Assembly (NCBI GenBank): GCA_964575955.1
Contig: CAZNTG010000003.1
Span: forward strand, 32,001-96,000
DNA length: 64,000 nucleotides
Source of the DNA: an uncultured Thermoproteaceae archaeon
GTDB lineage: Archaea; Thermoproteota; Thermoprotei; Thermoproteales; Thermocladiaceae
Direction of reading: 5' to 3'
Shown: piece by piece, positions 47,313 through 58,174 of the stretch
Layout: each line of letters opens with the position of its first letter
How positions within the stretch are numbered: position 1 is the stretch's first letter
Position numbers and translations under genes: made by a program
Notes under the pieces: model-generated
Told to the model about the DNA's origin: nothing
Databases searched by the model: none
What the model saw: only the letters and a program-made list of their open reading frames with translations

Positions 47313-47849
47313 TTGAAGATATTTATTAAAGATGGTAATCTCGTGAGGTTTAGTGAAGAACATGTTGAAAAGCTTCTCAGGATTCGTAAGATGTTAGAGA
47401 GGAAGATTAGAAGATTGAAAGCTCAATTAAGATTTTATGAAGAACTTCTAAGATATGTAGATTCAATACTTAGACAATCATCAATAACAACAGCTGATAA
47501 ATATCTTATTGAGAAGCAAAAGATTGAAGAGAGGATTAGTAAGTGTGTTGATATTGAGAGAAGAGATGAATATGTTGAAATTAGGCTAAAATTTCCATTG
47601 AAGAAGGATGATTGGAGATTTAGAAAATATGTTAAAGAGAAGTATTTAGAAAAATTTAAGAGTGAAGATCTTGAGAGAGTTAGAGAAGGTGAGATTGAGA
47701 AGGAGTATATGTTTGATTATGAGGTAGTCACTAGAGAGGATGGAACTATTGAAAGTTTAAAATTGTGGAATTGTGATAATATTAGACTTGAGAGGATTGT
47801 CAAGATTTTAGAATATATATGTAGAAGAGCTAGACAAGAGTCAGGTTAG
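47313..47849 (+). CDS. Hypothetical protein
   Basis: 178-aa charged ORF filling the gap; N-terminal coiled coil. Confidence 0.65.
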   Translation: MKIFIKDGNLVRFSEEHVEKLLRIRKMLERKIRRLKAQLRFYEELLRYVDSILRQSSITTADKYLIEKQKIEERISKCVDIERRDEYVEIRLKFPLKKDDWRFRKYVKEKYLEKFKSEDLERVREGEIEKEYMFDYEVVTREDGTIESLKLWNCDNIRLERIVKILEYICRRARQESG

Positions 47850-49705
47850 ACTACTTCACTAATCTTCACCTTTCTCTGCCTCAGATACATCTCATATATC
47901 TCTTTAACTGTTGTTGCTTGTTCAGGTTTTTTATCAAATCTATACCTACCTGTAAATCTTGGAAATCTTATTGCAAGTCCAAATCCTGGTTTTACACTAT
48001 TCATAGCACATGTATGTAATGGACTTAGCGTTATCTCTGCACCAACAATCTCTAAGACTAGTGAAGGTACAAACCACACATCTGGTTCCATCTTACTTAC
48101 AACTCTTGGATGTTTGTGAGGTATTTTGTATGGTTCTAATATTTGTTGAAGTTTTACAAGATCTTCATCTGTAAATCCACTACCTACCTTACAGACTGTG
48201 TAGAACATGTCTGTATCTGGATCATATGCAGCCATTAGTAATGCACCATACTTACCTGCTCTTCTACCTCTACCGTAGAATGCTCCGACAACTACTAGAT
48301 CTAGTGTGTCTGTTAGCTCACTTCTATAATCTCTCTTATACTTAATCCATAGCCATCCTCTAGAACCCATCTCATATATTGCATCCATCTTCACAGATTT
48401 ACATACAAGTCCTTCACATTCTTCAGATATTGCTTCATGGAAGAACTTTTCTAATTCTTCAACATCATCGATAAGTCTCCATGTTGCAATTTCTACATTT
48501 TCTGTAGGTTTTACAATTTCTATAAGTTTTCTTCTCCTATCTATTAGTGGTGTATTTGTTAGATCTTGACCGTCAACATATATTACGTCGAATAGGAATA
48601 GTTTAACAGGATATTCTTTCATTGCTTCTGCAATGTTGTGTTTTCTCCTTCTATGCATGAGTTCTTGAAATGGTTTAAATTCTCCAGTATCTGGATCATA
48701 CGCAACAATCTCACCTTCGACTATGTATTCTCTAGCGTTTATTGCCTCTTCAACATATTTAACAACGTCAGGATATGCATGTGTGATATCTTCAAGTCTT
48801 CTACTAAATATCTTAATTCTACCATCTCTAGTCTTATGAATTTGTGCTCTCTCACCATCATACTTATACTCGCATAAAGCTATACCTCCAAGTTTTGACA
48901 ATATCTCACTTGCAGAGCTCAATCTCTCAGCTAGCATTGGCTGTACAGGTATTCCAGGTGTTACGCGTATTTCCTGTAGAGCTTGTGGTCCTTTCTCAGC
49001 TAGTAGTTTTGCAATATATCCTAAATCTGGATATACGTGATATGCTTTCTCAAGTTCTTCTCTTCTAACTTTAAATACTGTAGATAATGCGTCTAGTATA
49101 GTCATATCTGCTATTCCAAGTCTAAGTCTACCTACTACAAATCTAGCAATGTATTTAGCTTCTTCAGGTTTTGCATCACTAAATAATGATGCTAATAACT
49201 TAACTTTCAGATCCATAGCACCTTCACCTGTAGCTTTAGCAATCTGCATTAAAGTATCGTAAACTCTGCTCATAGTTAATTCTCTCTGAACCTTACCTGT
49301 ACCTCCTCCTAAAAATGCTAGTATTGTACCTTGCTGTGTCTGTTTCTGTGTCTTCTGTAGTAGTACTCTTCTAGCAACTTCACCTAAATCACCAATCTTC
49401 TTATACAACTCTTCAATCTGTTTAATAGGTAGACCTGAAGCATGTGATAGTGCTCTCATTGTAAGTCTCTCACCAACACCAAGTTCAACACCTTCCCAAC
49501 TTGGTCTTAAGTCTCCAAGTATGAAGTATATTACCTTATCTATAACATTTGGAGAACATTTTCTCAATAATAGTGAGAGTAGTTTAGCCATTGTTGTTCT
49601 TTGTGATGTAGCTTCAATAGCTTCGAGAACCTTAACTACTTCACTAAATTTCAAATCCTGTTCCTGATCTGTAGTCTTAACACGATTAGAACTCATACTA
49701 CTCAA
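47846..49705 (-). CDS. lig: ATP-dependent DNA ligase
   Basis: [40 protein letters not shown]. Confidence 0.98.
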   Translation of the reverse strand: MSSMSSNRVKTTDQEQDLKFSEVVKVLEAIEATSQRTTMAKLLSLLLRKCSPNVIDKVIYFILGDLRPSWEGVELGVGERLTMRALSHASGLPIKQIEELYKKIGDLGEVARRVLLQKTQKQTQQGTILAFLGGGTGKVQRELTMSRVYDTLMQIAKATGEGAMDLKVKLLASLFSDAKPEEAKYIARFVVGRLRLGIADMTILDALSTVFKVRREELEKAYHVYPDLGYIAKLLAEKGPQALQEIRVTPGIPVQPMLAERLSSASEILSKLGGIALCEYKYDGERAQIHKTRDGRIKIFSRRLEDITHAYPDVVKYVEEAINAREYIVEGEIVAYDPDTGEFKPFQELMHRRRKHNIAEAMKEYPVKLFLFDVIYVDGQDLTNTPLIDRRRKLIEIVKPTENVEIATWRLIDDVEELEKFFHEAISEECEGLVCKSVKMDAIYEMGSRGWLWIKYKRDYRSELTDTLDLVVVGAFYGRGRRAGKYGALLMAAYDPDTDMFYTVCKVGSGFTDEDLVKLQQILEPYKIPHKHPRVVSKMEPDVWFVPSLVLEIVGAEITLSPLHTCAMNSVKPGFGLAIRFPRFTGRYRFDKKPEQATTVKEIYEMYLRQRKVKISEVV

Positions 49706-49725
49706 TAATTATAACTATATCCTGA

Positions 49726-50283
49726 TTAATAAGGTCGCTTCTTTTCAAGAAGCATCTCTAGATATGTCTTATGTACAATATCACTATCTTTCAAACCTAT
49801 ACTCTCTGCAAAATCTTTAATATTTTTAATACATTCATCTATTAGAGATCTATCATTTACAACACACTCTATCTCTACAAAATTACCTAAATCTTTAACA
49901 TAGTCTAGAGATATTGTTAAATTCTCTTTCTGAAATACACGTCTATACTTCACAATTTCTATAACCTTCCTGAAACCTAACCTCTCTAAAATTTTAATAC
50001 AATTTTCATAATTATCAACTTCTACACTAATCTCCTCTCTAGTCTTACCTTCACTACACATTCTAGGTCCTTTATATGTCAATATGTATGATGTTCCTCT
50101 TTCAGATTTTTCAATTCTTAATCTCAAAGCTTCATCACTCTTTGCAAAATCTCTACATGGATGTGCAAAGTATATATCTATCTCCTCTACTACGTATATC
50201 TGTCTACATTTACTATCTATCAATTTTTTCTCAATATTTTGAATATTATTTTCAACTTTATACTTTATCTCAACTTCATACAT
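49726..50283 (-). CDS. cyaB: CYTH-domain protein (class IV adenylate cyclase-like)
   Basis: EVEIK, DIYF.HP.RDF..SDEALRLR, LTYKGP, LG.FVEIE. Confidence 0.9.
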   Translation of the reverse strand: MYEVEIKYKVENNIQNIEKKLIDSKCRQIYVVEEIDIYFAHPCRDFAKSDEALRLRIEKSERGTSYILTYKGPRMCSEGKTREEISVEVDNYENCIKILERLGFRKVIEIVKYRRVFQKENLTISLDYVKDLGNFVEIECVVNDRSLIDECIKNIKDFAESIGLKDSDIVHKTYLEMLLEKKRPY

Positions 50284-50297
50284 ATATTAAGTATGTA

Positions 50298-50891
50298 TTA
50301 GTCTACTATTTTAATCTTCTCTTTCAAACTATTTAATATTTCTAGTAGATTTTCAATGCTGAGTCTATTCATTATAAATTCTCTCAATAGTATCAGTTCT
50401 GTAGTGCAGTATGTTATTATGTTTGTATCTATTCCCTTATAGTTTAGTATTATGTATGCATAAGATTCTTCATTTATTTCTCTATATACTTCAATATTCT
50501 TTAAAATATTTCTTAACTCTTTATCTTCTATTTTTGACATGTTTTCTCTACCAATTATGTCTATTCCAGAGCATACATACTCGACTTCTAGTATGCATGG
50601 TGGTTTATACATGTCTACTATCAGCATCTTCCTACTTTTCAATTTCTCATTTGAGTACTTCTTAACGTATTCGTATGGTATTGATGTTACGTATGTTAAT
50701 TCTCCTCTAAATCCTGCATATATACATACTGTTGCTGGTTCTTTAGTGATCTTTCCTGGTGATGTTAATATCATTGCAAATGCGTTACATCTATCTCCAA
50801 ATGTTCTAAATACGTATATTGTAGCTATGTTAAATATCTTATTTAATTTTTCTTCTGATGCGCTTACAGCTATTATAAATGCATCAATCAT
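50298..50891 (-). CDS. Hypothetical protein
   Basis: 197-aa ORF co-oriented with cyaB and lig. Confidence 0.6.
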   Translation of the reverse strand: MIDAFIIAVSASEEKLNKIFNIATIYVFRTFGDRCNAFAMILTSPGKITKEPATVCIYAGFRGELTYVTSIPYEYVKKYSNEKLKSRKMLIVDMYKPPCILEVEYVCSGIDIIGRENMSKIEDKELRNILKNIEVYREINEESYAYIILNYKGIDTNIITYCTTELILLREFIMNRLSIENLLEILNSLKEKIKIVD

Positions 50892-50956
50892 CCTATAGTA
50901 CTATATTTAAAGTCAAGTTTTATAAAGAAGTATCTACAGGAATAGATAGTGTATAG

Positions 50957-51292
50957 ATGAGTGAGAGTATTGTTAAGCTTATTGATGCAGTAAAGAGGGG
51001 AGATGCATCAGCATTTTTGAGACTTGTTAAGAGAATTGAAGAGATATGTAGAACATCTATGATTAGTAGAAGAGAGGCCTGGCTTGGTAAAGATCTAGTA
51101 CTTGTAAACTACTGTACATACATGCTTATAGATAGGAGAGAGGGTGCTGCATATGTTCTTGTTAGAGGGAGAGAATATTACACAGTTATTAGACTAGACA
51201 TAACATCACTATTAAATCAGAGTGAGAGAGAGATAGCAGAGACATTATGCATATATGTAGATGAGATAGAGTCAGTATCAAGAACAATATAG
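50957..51292 (+). CDS. Hypothetical protein
   Basis: 111-aa ORF with upstream TTTATAA TATA-like element. Confidence 0.65.
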   Translation: MSESIVKLIDAVKRGDASAFLRLVKRIEEICRTSMISRREAWLGKDLVLVNYCTYMLIDRREGAAYVLVRGREYYTVIRLDITSLLNQSEREIAETLCIYVDEIESVSRTI

Positions 51293-51346
51293 ATGATGTC
51301 GGCCTGCCAACACTGATAGATGATGTGGAACCGGTGTTACTGATCT
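51290..51346 (+). ncRNA. C/D-box methylation guide sRNA (targets not identified)
   Basis: C ATGATGT, guide CGGCCTGCCAACA, D' CTGA, C' ATGATGT, guide GGAACCGGTGTTA, D CTGA; GC-rich island between convergent genes. Confidence 0.82.
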
Positions 51347-52017
51347 CTACTACTCTTTAGAAAGTATTTGGGGTTGTGTATAGCTATGTCTATAGTTTTC
51401 AACATCCCGTAATCAAGCATAGTTTTGATAAGTCTATTCCAATCTACTCTCCTAATTATCAATATGACAATTATGGTAATTATTATTGATAAAACTACAA
51501 CAACACCTGTAGGTAAAACCTCACCCATTACCTGTCCTGATAAGGCTACAAACTCTGTTATTACAAACTTACCTGATAAACATGCTAAGAAGAATTTTAA
51601 TGGACTATATTTTAAAGCTCCGACAATTATGTATAAAACATCGTCAGGTAATGGTGTAGCTGCAAATAGAAAAATTGCAAAAAATATACCCTTATCTGCA
51701 AGTTTATTAAATAGTTCTATATCTCTATCATTAACTTTACCAACTATAAATCTTCTAAATGACTTTCCTATAAGATATACAACAATTTTTCCAAGTGCTG
51801 CACCTAGGCTTGATATGAATACTATTAGAAGTATTGTAGGTATGTTATTTGAAAACATTGATGTATATACAAATATTATTGCTAAGTATGGAACTGTTAG
51901 ATAAGGTACACAGTTTGATAAGAATGATATAATTCCAGTAATTACAATTATGTACAGTATACCACTACCAAGGACATGTTTTAAATATTGTGAAACTGCA
52001 TGAAGTATTGATAACAT
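51337..52017 (-). CDS. DedA/VTT (SNARE-associated) membrane protein
   Basis: GAALGK...YLIG, FLFAATPLPDD..Y...G..KY...KFF....GK. Confidence 0.85.
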   Translation of the reverse strand: MLSILHAVSQYLKHVLGSGILYIIVITGIISFLSNCVPYLTVPYLAIIFVYTSMFSNNIPTILLIVFISSLGAALGKIVVYLIGKSFRRFIVGKVNDRDIELFNKLADKGIFFAIFLFAATPLPDDVLYIIVGALKYSPLKFFLACLSGKFVITEFVALSGQVMGEVLPTGVVVVLSIIITIIVILIIRRVDWNRLIKTMLDYGMLKTIDIAIHNPKYFLKSSRDQ

Positions 52018-52025
52018 TATAATTC

Positions 52026-53330
52026 TTACTTTTTAGGTGCAGGCTTTCTTTCACCTCTAGGTGGTGCTGGCGGTGGTGGAGGTGGTGTTGGTGCTGTTCC
52101 TTTAGTCTCTGCTTTTCTTGGTGCTGGTTTTGCTCTAGCTTTAGCTTCTGGTTTTCTTGGAGGTGGTTTTGCGTATAGTGTCTTAATCTCCTGTATTCTC
52201 TTCATTAACTCTTCCTTCAACTTTGGTGCTATGAAGTTTCCTGTAAATGCATCAGCTTTTGCAGCTATTGCTAATTTTGCTGCTAGTGCTCTAGCAATTT
52301 TACCTCTCTGCCATCTTGGTGCTCTGAATATTTCAGGGAATTGGAATATTACTCCATGCTTAGGTGGTTTACCTCCTGTTCTTAATGCTCTAAATAGTGC
52401 TTTTTCAGCTCCAAGTACCTGTATTGTTGATGCTGGTAGTAGTGCAAGTTTTAGTAATCCACCTGCAAGATTTATCAATCTTGCACCTAGTAGTGAACCT
52501 ACAAGCTCTCTAATATTTGGAGCTACTTCTTTCATAGCTTCATCAATGTATTCTGCAAGTTTTCTTCTTGCTTCAAGTGCTGTTATGAATATTCTAGCGT
52601 ATGATCTTATAGCTTCAAGGTCAAATTCTGCCATTTCAGCACCAACACTCTTCTCTGCTGCTTCTGCAATTCTCTTAGCTCTCTCTTCAGATATGTTTGG
52701 AATTATCTTTCTAATATTCTCAACTGTGAAGTTTGATCTATGACCAAGCTCGTATAGTAGTCTCACGTAGTCTCTATGATCTCTAACAAGTTCTTCAAGC
52801 TCTGGGAAATGTAGTCCATACCACTCTCTTAATCTTGAAGCCATCAAGTTCATCATCTTATCACAATCATCAACTGCACTTATTGCATTTGCGATGAATA
52901 GGTCTCTCTTCTCTGCTGCTTTCCTCAACTTTAATCTTGTTTGAAGTACTGTTAAGTCATATACTCTCTTATAGTACTCTTCAAAACTTTCAATTCCATA
53001 GACCTCCTTCAAGTACCTGTCTAAGAAATGTTCTCTAAATAGTTCACCACCCTTACTTGGAATTTCTGCTCTAATTTCAACATCCTTAACTACAGATGCT
53101 AGATTTCTAGCAAGTTCTTTATGTTCTAGAATTATAGTATCGTAACCCTTACTCTTCAACTCTTCTACAAGTTTAACAAGTTCAGGAATTACCTCACCTT
53201 TCTCAATACTTGTAAGCTTTTGAGCAACTATCTGGTCAGTACCTTCATAAAGTACTTTACCAATAACATTACCTTCCTCATCGAGAGCAACAACTCCCAG
53301 AGTATCGGTAACTATGTAGGCTGTAGGCAT
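52026..53330 (-). CDS. nop5: C/D-box RNP protein Nop5 (Nop56/58)
   Basis: RLREWYGLHFPEL, PASTIQVLGAEKALFR, PKHGVIFQ, RGKIARALAAK. Confidence 0.97.
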   Translation of the reverse strand: MPTAYIVTDTLGVVALDEEGNVIGKVLYEGTDQIVAQKLTSIEKGEVIPELVKLVEELKSKGYDTIILEHKELARNLASVVKDVEIRAEIPSKGGELFREHFLDRYLKEVYGIESFEEYYKRVYDLTVLQTRLKLRKAAEKRDLFIANAISAVDDCDKMMNLMASRLREWYGLHFPELEELVRDHRDYVRLLYELGHRSNFTVENIRKIIPNISEERAKRIAEAAEKSVGAEMAEFDLEAIRSYARIFITALEARRKLAEYIDEAMKEVAPNIRELVGSLLGARLINLAGGLLKLALLPASTIQVLGAEKALFRALRTGGKPPKHGVIFQFPEIFRAPRWQRGKIARALAAKLAIAAKADAFTGNFIAPKLKEELMKRIQEIKTLYAKPPPRKPEAKARAKPAPRKAETKGTAPTPPPPPPAPPRGERKPAPKK

Positions 53331-53391
53331 TATACTGATTACAGGTATGTAAGTATTTAAAGATATTTTCGTACTATCAAGAATCTTAAAA

Positions 53392-55257
53392 CTATCCTGA
53401 GATTATCTGTGATATAGCTCTTCTAACATCATTAACATCTGCTCTACCTCTCAACTCTCTCATACATATTCCAAGAAGCTTATTTACATCTCTAACATCT
53501 ACATTCTGTATAAGTTTTCTAACTTTCTCTAAAACTTCCTCATACTTCAACTTCTTCAAATTTAACTTCTCTACAACTTCTATAGGTTTCATACCTGTCT
53601 TTGAAACTTCTTTTAATATCTCAGGAATAGCTTCTTTAACTATTACATCTTTTGCTAGTAGTTCTATACATTGTTCAATATGTTCTTCAGATATTTTTGA
53701 GATATCTACACCTTCTTTCTGTAAGTTTTTCAATGTTATTAATATTGTTGATATTATTATACTTGGAGATACTTTATCTCCATACTTATCTATTAATCTA
53801 TCGATAAATTCTGCATGTGGTGATTTTACAGCTTGTATTGCTAATTCTCTACTAACACCCATAGATACATACCTCTCAACTCTACGATCTATAGTCTCAA
53901 CTTTCATCTTCTCAATCTCGATAACTATCTTTCTAGTATTTATTGGTCTAAGATCAGTCTCAGGATACATTCTTGCACTTCCTGGTCTTGGTCTCATGAA
54001 TCTTGTAGTTCCATCAGGATTTGCTGCTCTAGTCTCTTCAGGTACACCAACTAGAGCATATTTCAATCTCTTAACAAGTACATCTACAGCATCGTATAGC
54101 TCTGTCTCTTGAATTCCTGCAATTATTATGAATGGTCTACCTCCAGTTCTCTCATATATCTTCTGTACTTCATCAATAGTTATTCCATATGCTGGAAGTT
54201 CATCACTGTGAATTATTCCTTTAAGATATGTCCATGCTCTAACATAATCTGCAAGTTCTGTTCCAAACCTCCTGCCTGGCTGTATTTCAACTTTTAATAA
54301 TCCTCTAAAACCTTCTGGAAGTTTTAATGCTATAATCTTACCTCCAGACTTTATAATATCTTTCAATATTTTCGATTTTGTGTTTGTAAATATGTCAGTT
54401 ATATCTAGTACATCTTCTGTAATATCTTCCTCTTTAACATTTCTATTTCTAAGTTCTTCAGCTATCTTGAGTAAGTTTAACTGTCTCTGAACTTCATACT
54501 CAATTATCTTAGGTATTAGTGATAGATCTGGAACACCTTTAATTTCTGTTTTTGCACCCTTCTCAATAGATATGTTTAAGTCTTGTCTTACTGTTCCTGC
54601 TCCACGTTTTGCTCTACCTGTAAGTTTTATACTATATCCAATACATGCAGCTATCTCAGCTATCTCCTGTGGTGAATATGTTAGTGGTCCTGTAGATATT
54701 TCTACTAGTGGTATTCCAAGTCTATCAAGTCTATATACTACGTATGTCTCTGTCTCTTCTATCTTTCTAGCAGCATCTTCTTCAAGTGCTATAGTCCATA
54801 TAGGTACCTTGTAGTTGAAGAATGTTGCTAATCCATCATGTGCTATCAGTATTGTTCTTTGAAATCCTGAGACGTTTGATCCATCAATAACTATCTTCCT
54901 CATCACGTAAAGTTCATCAAACACCTTTGCATTGAACATCTTTGCAATCATTATAGCTGTCTCTAGTGAGAATGGGTCAGGTTCGTGTGGTGGTTCTTCA
55001 TCAATCTCTACTAGACATGTAGTGTCGTAGTAGCCTTCATATATGTATGTCTTTCTTTTTCTAAATTCCCAAAGTGCTGCTGGATCAACTTCACCAAGCT
55101 CGCTTAATGTTGGTCTTAATCTACGTACTATCCTGAAGTGTGGTGGATCATTTCTAATTACTGTTGGACATTCGCAGAATAGTTTTCTAGGTGAGTCAAG
55201 TTGTACATGAATTTCTAAACCAACTTTCAATCCTAAATCTCTATAGTCTATCTTCAT
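53392..55257 (-). CDS. gatE: Glutamyl-tRNA(Gln) amidotransferase subunit E
   Basis: GLKVGLEIHVQL, CLVE.DEEPPH, MRKIVIDGSN.SGFQRT, LDRLGIPLVEI, RPRPGSARMYPETD. Confidence 0.97.
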   Translation of the reverse strand: MKIDYRDLGLKVGLEIHVQLDSPRKLFCECPTVIRNDPPHFRIVRRLRPTLSELGEVDPAALWEFRKRKTYIYEGYYDTTCLVEIDEEPPHEPDPFSLETAIMIAKMFNAKVFDELYVMRKIVIDGSNVSGFQRTILIAHDGLATFFNYKVPIWTIALEEDAARKIEETETYVVYRLDRLGIPLVEISTGPLTYSPQEIAEIAACIGYSIKLTGRAKRGAGTVRQDLNISIEKGAKTEIKGVPDLSLIPKIIEYEVQRQLNLLKIAEELRNRNVKEEDITEDVLDITDIFTNTKSKILKDIIKSGGKIIALKLPEGFRGLLKVEIQPGRRFGTELADYVRAWTYLKGIIHSDELPAYGITIDEVQKIYERTGGRPFIIIAGIQETELYDAVDVLVKRLKYALVGVPEETRAANPDGTTRFMRPRPGSARMYPETDLRPINTRKIVIEIEKMKVETIDRRVERYVSMGVSRELAIQAVKSPHAEFIDRLIDKYGDKVSPSIIISTILITLKNLQKEGVDISKISEEHIEQCIELLAKDVIVKEAIPEILKEVSKTGMKPIEVVEKLNLKKLKYEEVLEKVRKLIQNVDVRDVNKLLGICMRELRGRADVNDVRRAISQIISG

Positions 55258-55312
55258 TATATTTGAATAGTTGAGCAAGTAGTTTAAAGCGGTTGCGATA
55301 TTATACTACTCC

Positions 55313-55606
55313 ATGACTACTTTCAGAGAATTTCAAGAACTTATGAAGAAGCTATACTATGAGAGAGATAAGTCTAGAGGGGTTGAAAAGACCTATATGT
55401 GGCTTGTAGAGGAGGTTGGTGAGCTTGGTAGAGCGATATTGAAGAATAATGTTGAGAATATTAAAGAGGAAGTTGCTGATGTTATTGCATGGTTAGCAAG
55501 TCTATGTAATCTTCTAGGTATAGATATGGAAGAGGCTGTAAAGATGAAATATCCTGGTAAATGTCCAAAATGTGGATCAATACCATGTAGATGTAATACG
55601 AGGTAG
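55313..55606 (+). CDS. MazG-like nucleotide pyrophosphohydrolase
   Basis: WLVEEVGEL, EEVADV.AWL.SL.N, C-terminal CPKC..PC.C. Confidence 0.9.
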   Translation: MTTFREFQELMKKLYYERDKSRGVEKTYMWLVEEVGELGRAILKNNVENIKEEVADVIAWLASLCNLLGIDMEEAVKMKYPGKCPKCGSIPCRCNTR

Positions 55607-55668
55607 AGATTAGACACTTGAGCGTATCTTTATAAGTTAGATAGAACGTAGAGTCTACATAGAAGTCT

Positions 55669-56775
55669 GTGATGTCTCGTGAAGAACGCATAGCTGAGGA
55701 TATCATAGAGGATTTAGAATTTAGAAAACTTCAACTATTAGGAAGATCTTCAATTGCTGTAACAATACCTAAGAAGTGGGTACAGGCACTTGGATTAAAA
55801 CCTGGTGATGTTGTAATACTTAAGAGAGCTAAAGATAGCATATTAATACAACCATACGCTCAGACTGAGGAACAATCACCAAACAATACTATGAGAGAGG
55901 TCACAATATCTACAACACATCTAGCTAGATCATTGAGAAAAATTATGGGACTATACTTATCAGGTATATCTTCAGTAGTTGTAAAGTTTCAAGAAGATAA
56001 TCCAGGTGTTAAGCAGATTGTTAAGAATTTCATACGTGAAAAGCTTCCAGGTGCCGAGATTGTTGATGAGAGGTATAATATGATGATTGTTAGATTTTTA
56101 ACAAATCTTGAAGAACTTCCAATACGAAGAATTTTGAAGAGGATGAGTAATATGGCTATTAACATGCTTAGAGAAGGTTTGAAAATTCTTGCAGAGTCTG
56201 ATAAAGATATAGTTATTGATCAATTGCCTGACTCATCTGTTAAAGATGAAGAAATTGATAGACTGTACCTGCTAGTTTACAAACTTGTAAATCAAGGTAT
56301 TCTAAATCAGAAACTATTATCGAAATTGGAGATTGAAGATCCTAGAGAGCTTATAGCTGCTCTAATAGTTGCAAAGTCTATAGAGAGGTGTGGTGATCAT
56401 GCTACACGTGTTATAGATCTATCAAAAGCTATACTATCTATAAACGTGTCATTAAGCTTAAGTACTGACGTATTTCAAAAACTTGCAGATCTTGGTCAAT
56501 CTGCATGTTATATTCTTAGAGAAGCAACTCAATCATTTGTTGATAAAGATGTTGAACGTGCACAGGAAATATTGGAGAAGAGAGTTGAACTTAGAAAGGT
56601 AAGTATTAAGCTTGTAGATAACATAATGAAGCATGCCTGTCCATTATGTATGGTTAAGGCTAGTGAACTATTAACATATGTCATACTACTAATTGAAAGT
56701 ATTAGAAGATTCTTAGCATATAGTTACGATATTGCAGAAATAACGATAGATACATACTCTAATAAGACTGAGTGA
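55669..56775 (+). CDS. AbrB-PhoU phosphate uptake regulator
   Basis: RKLQLLG.SS..VTIPKKW (AbrB); DEEIDRLY and IERCGDHA (PhoU). Confidence 0.9.
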   Translation: MMSREERIAEDIIEDLEFRKLQLLGRSSIAVTIPKKWVQALGLKPGDVVILKRAKDSILIQPYAQTEEQSPNNTMREVTISTTHLARSLRKIMGLYLSGISSVVVKFQEDNPGVKQIVKNFIREKLPGAEIVDERYNMMIVRFLTNLEELPIRRILKRMSNMAINMLREGLKILAESDKDIVIDQLPDSSVKDEEIDRLYLLVYKLVNQGILNQKLLSKLEIEDPRELIAALIVAKSIERCGDHATRVIDLSKAILSINVSLSLSTDVFQKLADLGQSACYILREATQSFVDKDVERAQEILEKRVELRKVSIKLVDNIMKHACPLCMVKASELLTYVILLIESIRRFLAYSYDIAEITIDTYSNKTE

Positions 56776-57377
56776 AAAGTATGTCAGATAGGAGAGGTGT
56801 CAAGATTTTGATAATGAGTGACGCACATATACATGATAGAGCTGATGAAGTTCCAAAACAGTTTGAAGAATTAATACATAGTGAGAAACCTTTCGACATT
56901 GCTGTATATGGTGGAGATTTTACAGATGAAGATGTGTATAGGTGGTTTAGATCACTAGCACATACAACATATGCTGTTCAGGGAAATATGGACTATCTAG
57001 ACCTTCCTGAACATGTAACATTCATGCATCCACTATCAAACATCAGATTTGGAGTTATACATGGACATCAGGTTAGACCTAGAGGAAATATTGTACAACT
57101 AACAGAAATTGCAAAGAGAATGAATGTAAACATATTGATAAGTGGTCATACACATAGCCCATTCATAAAGATATTCAACAATGTACTACACATAAATCCT
57201 GGATCATTAACAGGAGCTTGGGGTGGAGGTGGTGGATCAGGAATACCAAGTATGATAATTCTCACATTGTATGAAAATGGTGTTGAAGTAAGACATTACG
57301 AATTGAGAAGAGGTAAGATTTCACTAAACATATATAGGTTTAGCTATAGAGGTGATATGTGGAGTGAAGTTGTATGA
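56772..57377 (+). CDS. YfcE/MJ0936/Vps29-family metallophosphoesterase
   Basis: SDAH, GD, GNMD, HGH, GHTH, NPGS. Confidence 0.92.
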   Translation: MKSMSDRRGVKILIMSDAHIHDRADEVPKQFEELIHSEKPFDIAVYGGDFTDEDVYRWFRSLAHTTYAVQGNMDYLDLPEHVTFMHPLSNIRFGVIHGHQVRPRGNIVQLTEIAKRMNVNILISGHTHSPFIKIFNNVLHINPGSLTGAWGGGGGSGIPSMIILTLYENGVEVRHYELRRGKISLNIYRFSYRGDMWSEVV

Positions 57378-58150
57378 GACTTATAGCTAGTTTAAAGCTT
57401 AGAAATTTAGAAGGTGTTAAGAAGTTTGAGAAGATATTAGAGATATTGTCAAATATAAAATTTGAACTAGACTTAACAAAGTTTATAGTTAGTGAAGATT
57501 TTCAAAAATTTATACCATTAATAGCATCTGAGATTGAGGATATATTTAGAGATAGGATTTCATATATAAAAGTATTGAAATACCAGAGTAAGGATGTGAT
57601 TGAGAGATTGTTAAATCTTCTAGACTATCTAAATGTTGATAGAGTTATATTGAAAGTTCCTGAAGATGTTGACCATATGGTTGATATTGTTGATGAAGCT
57701 TCAAGGTATGGAGTTAAGACTGTGTGGAGATTTAGTAAGATTGAAAGTTTTGAAACATTGTCAGATATTGCTAATAGTATCGCACCATACAAGTTGAGAA
57801 TAGCTATTGATGTTGCAGGTAGGAGATCTGTTAAAGACTTTACTAGAGAATTATTGATGAGTAGTGGATATGTTGAAGTAATATACTTAGACAATAAGGA
57901 TGGCAGTAGTAGAGGTTTACCAATATTTCACACATCTGGAAAGATAAATTTTGTTAAAATATTCAAAATTTTGAAATGTGTTGGATATGATAGAGATCTA
58001 GTACTAAACTATAGACCTAGATACTACCTTGACTATGTTAGAGATATTGAACTTGCAGAATCTGTAATATCTTCAGTTGGTTCAAGTGTTGTTGATAAGT
58101 TTACTAAAAAGCTTGTTGAAGATGTTATGAGAGAGATGATGAATCTTTAA
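57374..58150 (+). CDS. Hypothetical protein, xylose-isomerase/AP-endonuclease-2-like TIM barrel (degenerate)
   Basis: IAIDVA, GLPIF...GKINF..IF..LK.VGY...LVL pattern; metal ligands mostly absent. Confidence 0.55.
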   Translation: MRLIASLKLRNLEGVKKFEKILEILSNIKFELDLTKFIVSEDFQKFIPLIASEIEDIFRDRISYIKVLKYQSKDVIERLLNLLDYLNVDRVILKVPEDVDHMVDIVDEASRYGVKTVWRFSKIESFETLSDIANSIAPYKLRIAIDVAGRRSVKDFTRELLMSSGYVEVIYLDNKDGSSRGLPIFHTSGKINFVKIFKILKCVGYDRDLVLNYRPRYYLDYVRDIELAESVISSVGSSVVDKFTKKLVEDVMREMMNL

Positions 58151-58174
58151 TTTTAGAATTGTCTTAATCTATAT

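Noticed and set aside
52026-52170. Poly-proline tail of Nop5 as a cytoskeletal signalling motif
   Set aside because: Lys/Pro-rich low-complexity tails are common on archaeal Nop5; no further support
56772-57377. Vps29-like gene as evidence of retromer
   Set aside because: The family is widespread in prokaryotes, metal ligands are intact, and no Vps26/Vps35 is present
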